Below are positions 58,639 through 64,000 of a DNA stretch of 64,000 nt, one piece after another. The stretch comes from Rhizaria sp. SCN 62-66. Lineage: Eukaryota. The stretch is taken from assembly GCA_001724265.1 (NCBI GenBank), contig MEDY01000212.1:1-64000 (forward strand), written 5' to 3'. A program made the translations under genes and the position numbers. Every line of letters begins with the position of its first letter. Within the stretch, counting starts at the first letter, position 1. A model generated the notes under the pieces. It ran no database searches. It saw nothing but the letters and a program-made list of their open reading frames with translations, and was not told the origin of the DNA.

Positions 58639-61600
58639 TCACTCCGCAGTGGTGTAAGAGTACTTGTTATCGCTAGAGGGCTGATTTGCCTAATCGGACT
58701 CAGACTTCTTGTTGGAGTCATCGTCATCATCCTTGGCAGCGGCAGCCTCCTCCTCAGCCTTCTTGGCAGCGGCAGCCTCCTCCTCAGCCTGCTTCGCAGC
58801 AGCAGCCTCCTCCTCAGCCTTCTTGGCAGCGGCAGCCTCCTCCTCAGCCTGCTTCGCAGCAGCAGCCTCCTCCTCAGCCTTCTTGGCGGCAGCGGCAGCA
58901 GCGGCAGCCGGCAGCAGCGGCAGCTTCCTCCTCGGCCTTCTTGGCGGCGGCGGCCTCAGCAGCGGCCTTGGCCTCAGCCTTAGCCTTAGCGGCGGCAGCC
59001 TCCTCCTCAGCCTTGATGCGAGCAGCCTCAGCCTCCGCAGCAGCCTTAGCCTCAGCAGCAGCCTTAGCCTTAGCCTCGGCCTCAGCCTTGGCCTTGGCGG
59101 CGGCAGCCTCCTCCTCAGCAGCGGCCTCGGCAGCCGCCTTGGCCTCGGCCTCGGCCTTGGCCTTGGCGGCCTGCTTGCGCTTCTGGCTGTTGCCGGCCTG
59201 GCCCGCCTCGGGGAACTCGTCCGCGTCCACCTTGACGTTGGCCACTCTCTCGTCAGCGCTAGCGCCAGCAGGAGCCTTGGGGTGGGCGTGAGCGTTAGAG
59301 TGCGCCGCGGGGGCGGCAGCGGCGAGGCCGTGGGCCTGGCGCATGATGCCGGCCCAGCCGCCGGGGGCCGCCGCGGCCTTGGTGGCGGGAACCACAGGCG
59401 CAGCAGCAGCAGCAGCAGCGGCGGCGGCCTTCTTGCCCTTGGGCTGCTGCTGCTGCTGCTGCTTAGGCTCAGCGGCAGAGGCAGCAGCGGCAGCGGGAGC
59501 AGCCGCCTCGGCGGCCGCCTTCTGGTTCTTCTTGTTGTTGCCATGAGTGTTCTCCTTCTTCTCAGTCGTCGTCGTCGTGGCAGCAGCAGAAGCAGCCTTG
59601 GCCTCAGCGGCGGCGGCAGCGGCGGCCTTCTTGTCGGCCGCAGCGGCGGCAGCGGCCTTCTTGTCGGCGTCAGCGGCCTTCTTGTCGGCGTCAGCGGCGG
59701 CGGCCTTGGAGGCCATCTCGTGCTGCCGGCGCTCGCGCTCCTTGTCGGCGGCGGCGGCGCGGTCCGCGGCGGCCTTGTTGGCGGCGGCCTGCGCGTCCGC
59801 GAGCGCCTTCTGCTCCGCGGCCGCGGCCTCGCGCGTGCTCTTGGCGGCGAGCGCCTGCTGGCGCTGCACAGCTGTCGCGGCGAGTCGGCGCACGACGGCC
59901 ACGTCGATGGGGAAGGCCTTGGCGTCGAGGTCGGCCAGCAGCGCCGTGAAGGCCGCGAGCGACAGCGCGTCGGGGTCGCAGCGCCGCAGCACGCGCTCCA
60001 GGTATTGGCCCACCTGCGTGGCCAGCACGTGCAGCTCCTTGGCGTCGGCCGCGGCCTGCTCAGCCATCTGAGTCTCGAGCGCCAGGTGCTGCGACACGAC
60101 CGAGGCCGGCAGTGACAGCGCGCGCGCGCGGGCCTGCTCCTGGCGCGCCTGCAGCGCCGCCGCGCGGCAGCCCGCGACGCGCTCGGCGAGGAACTCGTGC
60201 AGCCGCTGCGCCGACGCCAGGTGCGCGCGCAGGGCCGGGAAGAAGCCCGCGCGCTCGGCGGCGGCGGCGGTGGCGGCCTTGGCGCCCAGCTCCTGCAGGC
60301 GCAGCGCGAGCCGCTGGTAGAGAGCGATCGTGAGCCCGTGGAGCGCGTCGCCGGTCGCCTTGTCGGCGGCCAGCGCGGCGGCCGCGGCCGAGGTGTCGGC
60401 CTGGCGCGCGGAGACGTCGCCGCGCAGCGCCGCGTAGCGCGTGCGCACGGCCTCGGCGCGCGCCGCGGCCTCGCCGAGCTGGGCCTCGGCCGTGGCCAGC
60501 TCGACCTCGGCGCGCTTGAGCTGCGCCTCGAGCAGGCGCTTGCGCTCGCGCGCGTCGTCGCGCTTGGCCGTCAGCTCGGCCACGCGCGCGGCGTGCGGCG
60601 CCAGGTCGCGCTGCTGCAGCGCCTCCAGCTCGGCCGCCTTGGTCGAGGAGCCAGAGGCGAGCGCGGCGGCGCGGTCCAGCTTGGCCTGCGCCTGCGCCAG
60701 CTCGCGGCACACGCCCGTCTCGAGCAGGTGGAACGCCAGCTGCACGTCGTGCTCGTGCTTCGGCCGCTCCTGCAGCGCAGACAGCAGCGGCGCTAGCGCT
60801 GAGCTGGCCCTGGTCAGCGCCGCCGCAGAGGCCTTGTTGGCGTCCTGCAGCACGCGAAGCGGGTCGCTGCCCGCGGTGGCGGTCGCAGCGCCCGCGGGGC
60901 CGGCGCTGGCGGCGATGTTCTGGGAGCCCCAGGGGCCCTGCGGCGCGAGGGGGGCCGCGGCGGCCGCGGCGGCGGCGGACGCGGCGGGCACGGCCTGCTT
61001 GGCGGCGAGCGCGCTGCCCAGCCCGGCGACGTGGACCGACGCCTCGCGCTGCGCGGCGAGCAGCTTGCGCACGAGCGCGGCGTAGCCCGCGGCGGCGGGC
61101 GCGGCGGCCAGCGGCTTGCCCAGCAGCACGAGCTGATCCAGCAGCCACGTCGCCTGCGCCAGCTCGCTGCCGAGCACGTTGGCGATGAGGCGCGCGAGGT
61201 TGGCCTTGGCGGTCAGGACGACGCCTGCGTGGCCGGGTGCGGCGCGCGCGGCGGGGTCAGCGCAGAGGCGGGTGAGGAAGGCCAGCGCGAGGTCGTCGAG
61301 CGCGGGCGACGACGCCAGCGCGGTCGCGATCGGCGTCGGCGCGCCCGCGGCTGCTGCGGCGGCCTGTTGGAGCTTGAGCGTCCACGTGCGGGGCAGTTCC
61401 GGGTCCGCGCGGGGGTCCCAGGCCTTAGCCGCGGCCTCCAGGGAGAAAATGTCGCTGAAGTCGGCGGGCGCGGCCACCGCAGGCAGAACGACAGCAGCAG
61501 CGGGCTTGGGGGCAGCAGCAGCGGCGGGGGCGGGGGCGGCAGCGGGCTTGGCAGCAGCGGGGGCGGCGGGGGTCTCGTCGTCGGGGATGCCGCGGATGCC

Positions 61601-62329
61601 GTTGTCGATAATGCGGGGGCCGTTGTTGTTGTTCTCGCCGTCCTTCTTGCCGCGGCGGCGGGCAGCCTTGCCACCAGCAGCAGCGGCGGCGGCGGGAGTA
61701 GCAGCAGCGCTCTCGTCGTCGTCAGGGATGAAGGCGACGGGGCCCGGCGCGGAGCCGGCCTTAAGGGCCGAGGCCGGCGCGGCGGCCTCGGCGAGCCCGG
61801 ACTGGAGCGTCTTAAGCATGAGCGGGAGCGTAACGAGCCCCGAGGCCGATGAGGACAGGAGGCTGTAAGCCATCTCAATGTCGTCGCGGCTGTAGTCATC
61901 CGCGAACAGCACGCGGCACGCCTCGATGGTCAGCGCGCGCGTCGCGGGCTGCGCGGGCTTCTCGCCGCCAAAACTCACCTTGCTGCGGAGGAGACAAGCG
62001 GAGTTAGTTGTGAGGCGCACGAAGCAAGACAGTGAGGGACGGGGACGCGGACAGGCAGTTGGGCGTTTGAGGTCGAGGTTAGGAAGTCAAGAAAAGATAT
62101 GGAGTGATAGAGCATATGTAAAGAGATAAATAGGTGAGTCTGGGATATTTCCGAGTGCTCTTAAGTCAATAGTTAGATAAGAGTGCCTGTTTGTGCGGAG
62201 TACAGCGCGTGGCATGCGCTAGTGAGAAAGGCAAGAGTCGGCAAACGGGGGGATTTGGCGAGAGACGTACACAGCCTTCTTCTGGCCCTGGTGAACAGAG
62301 CCCTGGGAAGCAACCTGAGCGCTAGACAT
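58639..62329 (-). CDS. Ala/Lys/Glu-rich coiled-coil protein; exon 62329-62271, intron 61983-62270, exon 61982-~58639; +1 frame break at ~58909 and in-frame TAG at 58690
   Basis: MSSAQVASQGSVHQGQKKAV|KVSFGG; GTACGT donor, CTAAC branch-like motif, TCCGCAG acceptor, phase-consistent; long heptad-like helices; after the TAG it reads ANQPSSDNKYSYTTAE-TGA (a GTGAGT donor overlaps this TGA, so a further exon is possible). Confidence 0.75.
58732..58890 (-). repeat. Coding tandem repeat, 30-nt unit (KKAEEEAAAA/KQAEEEAAAA), ~5 copies alternating as a 60-nt higher-order unit
   Basis: cttggcagcggcagcctcctcctcagcct alternating with cttcgcagcagcagcctcctcctcagcct on the + strand. Confidence 0.92.
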
Positions 62330-62995
62330 CTTCCCTCTGTGGGGCAACACAAAGCAAGAGAAAAGCGAACGAATGATGAGCACACGGTGCGGAACAACGG
62401 CAAAGAGAGAGGCACCGCAGTGGGGGAACGCGTCCAAGGCAACGAAAGTGCTGACACGGCAATTTTGAGCTGTGCGGGACACCAAGAGCAACGCACACGC
62501 GCGTGTAAACAAAATAAATACACACCCAGGCCATGCAACAGCGCTATCCAGATATAAATATCACCCGCAGTGTCATGTTTCACGCCGCAATGGCTTCTGC
62601 CAATGGTCCTCGTTGTGGGCTCAAATCTGTCGCCTCAGTAGGCCAGACCTGCTAGAGCCAAGCAGAGACGGCTAACTTTCCATCGGCCAGGAGCCCACAG
62701 TCTCACCAGTCTGAGTCCAACGGGTCGCTAGCTCGTCCGACGAGAGAAGAAGAAGAAGCTTGTTGTTCTCGGTGAAGGCTACGCACAAGGGGTTCGAGTG
62801 GGTATATAGACGCCGTCAAATGTTATTGTAACGACATAACCGAGTTGTTTTGTACTTTCTATTATATTTTCTCTTTTGTTTTCTCTCCACGTGACTTCCC
62901 TGCCCCATTCTATTCCCGATTCTCACCCCGTCTCGCTTCCCCTCTCTTCGCCCTCCGCGTGGTGTCCCCTTTTTGTCTTGCAGCCTCGAGCACTG

Positions 62996-64000
62996 ATGAA
63001 CAAGCGCAAGGGCGACCATAGCAAGTCCTCCGGCGGCGTCGTCTCGTTCGCCGACGACGCCGCGGACCCGTCCCCCTCGGCCGACTCCTACGGCGGCGCC
63101 TCCAAGGGCTCGGCCGGCACAGGCACCAAGAAGTCCCGCCCCGCCGCCGACCCCGCTAAGGGCTTCGGCGCCGCGCTCGCCGCCATGATCAGCATCCCCA
63201 CGCCCGCGCCCGCCGCTACCGCTGCCGCTGCCGCTGCTGCTGCTACCGCTAAGCCCGTTGCTGCTACCAAGCCCGCTGCTGCGCCGCAGTCTGCCGCGCG
63301 CGCCGCCTTCGCTGCCGACAAGCACATCAAGCACGCCGAGCGCCTCTCCAAGAAGGAGGCCGCTGCTGCCAGCGCCGACGCTAACGCTGACGACGCCGCT
63401 GCACCCGCGAGCATCGCCTCTGCTGCTGCGGCCGCTGCGATGGACGCGAAGCTGAGCTCGAAGCTGCAGCGGCGGCTGGCGCGCTCGGGCGTCGCGCTGC
63501 CGGGCGCGGCGGTGCCCGCAGCCGTGATCGCGCGCGCCGAGGCCGAGGCCGCCAAGGCGCTGGCCGAGGCGCAGGCGCGCGTGCGCGAGCGGCAGCGCCG
63601 CCGCCAGCGCCGCCTGCTGCTGAGCAAGGACCACATGACCGCTGACTTCACGGACCTAGAGCGGCGGCTGCTGCGGGTGGCAACCAAGGGCGTGGTGACG
63701 CTCTTCAACGTGGTCGCGCAGCAGCAGAAGGATCTCAGCTCGCTCGAGGCCGCGGGCTCGGGCACGGCTGAGGGCATCAAAGATAAAGCGACGAAGCACC
63801 TCTCGCAGGACGGGTTCGTTGACCTGCTCAAGAAGCAGTCCGCCGCCGCCGCCGCCACCGCCGCGGCCGCCGCGGCCGCCGCCAAGAAGAAGAAGTCCAC
63901 GTCCAACGGCAGCGACGACGACGACGACAGCGACAAGAGTGGCAGCGGTGACGACGATGATGACGACGATAAGAAGGCCAAGGCCAAGAAGGGCGACGTG
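62996..64000 (+). CDS. RRP15: Ribosomal RNA processing protein 15 (3'-partial; missing from the ORF track because it runs off the window)
   Basis: MNKRKGD..KGFGAALAAMI..LERRLLRVATKGVVTLFNVVAQQQ..LSQDGFVDLLKK matches the Rrp15 motif; acceptor-like ttgcag at 62983 suggests an upstream exon. Confidence 0.88.
   Translation, partial: MNKRKGDHSKSSGGVVSFADDAADPSPSADSYGGASKGSAGTGTKKSRPAADPAKGFGAALAAMISIPTPAPAATAAAAAAAATAKPVAATKPAAAPQSAARAAFAADKHIKHAERLSKKEAAAASADANADDAAAPASIASAAAAAAMDAKLSSKLQRRLARSGVALPGAAVPAAVIARAEAEAAKALAEAQARVRERQRRRQRRLLLSKDHMTADFTDLERRLLRVATKGVVTLFNVVAQQQKDLSSLEAAGSGTAEGIKDKATKHLSQDGFVDLLKKQSAAAAATAAAAAAAAKKKKSTSNGSDDDDDSDKSGSGDDDDDDDKKAKAKKGDV

Noticed and set aside
333-58692. 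Pyrrolysine or motif-driven readthrough as the explanation for the TAGs
   Set aside because: Eukaryotic context, no pyl genes in the window, unrelated proteins, non-catalytic positions and no shared downstream motif.
333-58692. Pseudogenisation or random sequencing error as the explanation for the TAGs
   Set aside because: Either would also give internal TGA/TAA; one TAG is shared by paralogs and one is formed across a splice junction in an otherwise intact enzyme. Not formally excluded without reads.
62590-62775. Short ATG-initiated frame with an internal TAG upstream of RRP15
   Set aside because: Ends at TGA after ~60 codons, has no homology cue and cannot be joined convincingly to RRP15.
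62775-62805. GGTTCGA T-loop-like motif (possible suppressor tRNA)
   Set aside because: No pairing T-stem or cloverleaf; I found no tRNA in the window by eye.
22300-64000. Hundreds of long overlapping/antisense ORFs (e.g. 28689-30326 +, 58709-60115 +, 52061-53263 -, 63088-63987 -)
   Set aside because: Shadow frames of GC-rich, triplet-repeat coding DNA; no family motifs, and each is explained by a better gene on another frame or strand.

Overview
Gene-dense, GC-rich eukaryotic (protist-like) nuclear DNA with GT-AG spliceosomal introns of about 135-290 nt, AT-rich intergenic spacers and proteins heavily inflated by Ala/Ser/Gly/Gln low-complexity inserts. About 12 genes: a 5'-partial giant sushi/EGF/IPT/Cys-rich multi-TM receptor (>4,800 aa), an Ala-rich TM protein, a C2H2 zinc-finger gene plus a decayed duplicate, a cyclophilin, a ~5,700-aa INTS6-like gene, a THNSL1-like probable pseudoenzyme, class II dihydroorotase, a small TM protein, an ENA-type P-ATPase, an RPAIN-like gene, a coiled-coil protein and RRP15. 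Main discovery: a non-standard nuclear genetic code. At least ten in-frame TAG codons in six unrelated genes sit inside continuous coding sequence (inside sushi domains, between RPAIN domains, and one made by splicing in the conserved C-terminal motif of dihydroorotase). No gene convincingly ends at TAG, and TAA/TGA behave as stops. TAG is therefore most likely a sense codon; the in-window clues are split between Glu and Gln. Several single-base frame breaks look like homopolymer assembly errors. All family calls are from motif recognition by eye, not from database searches.
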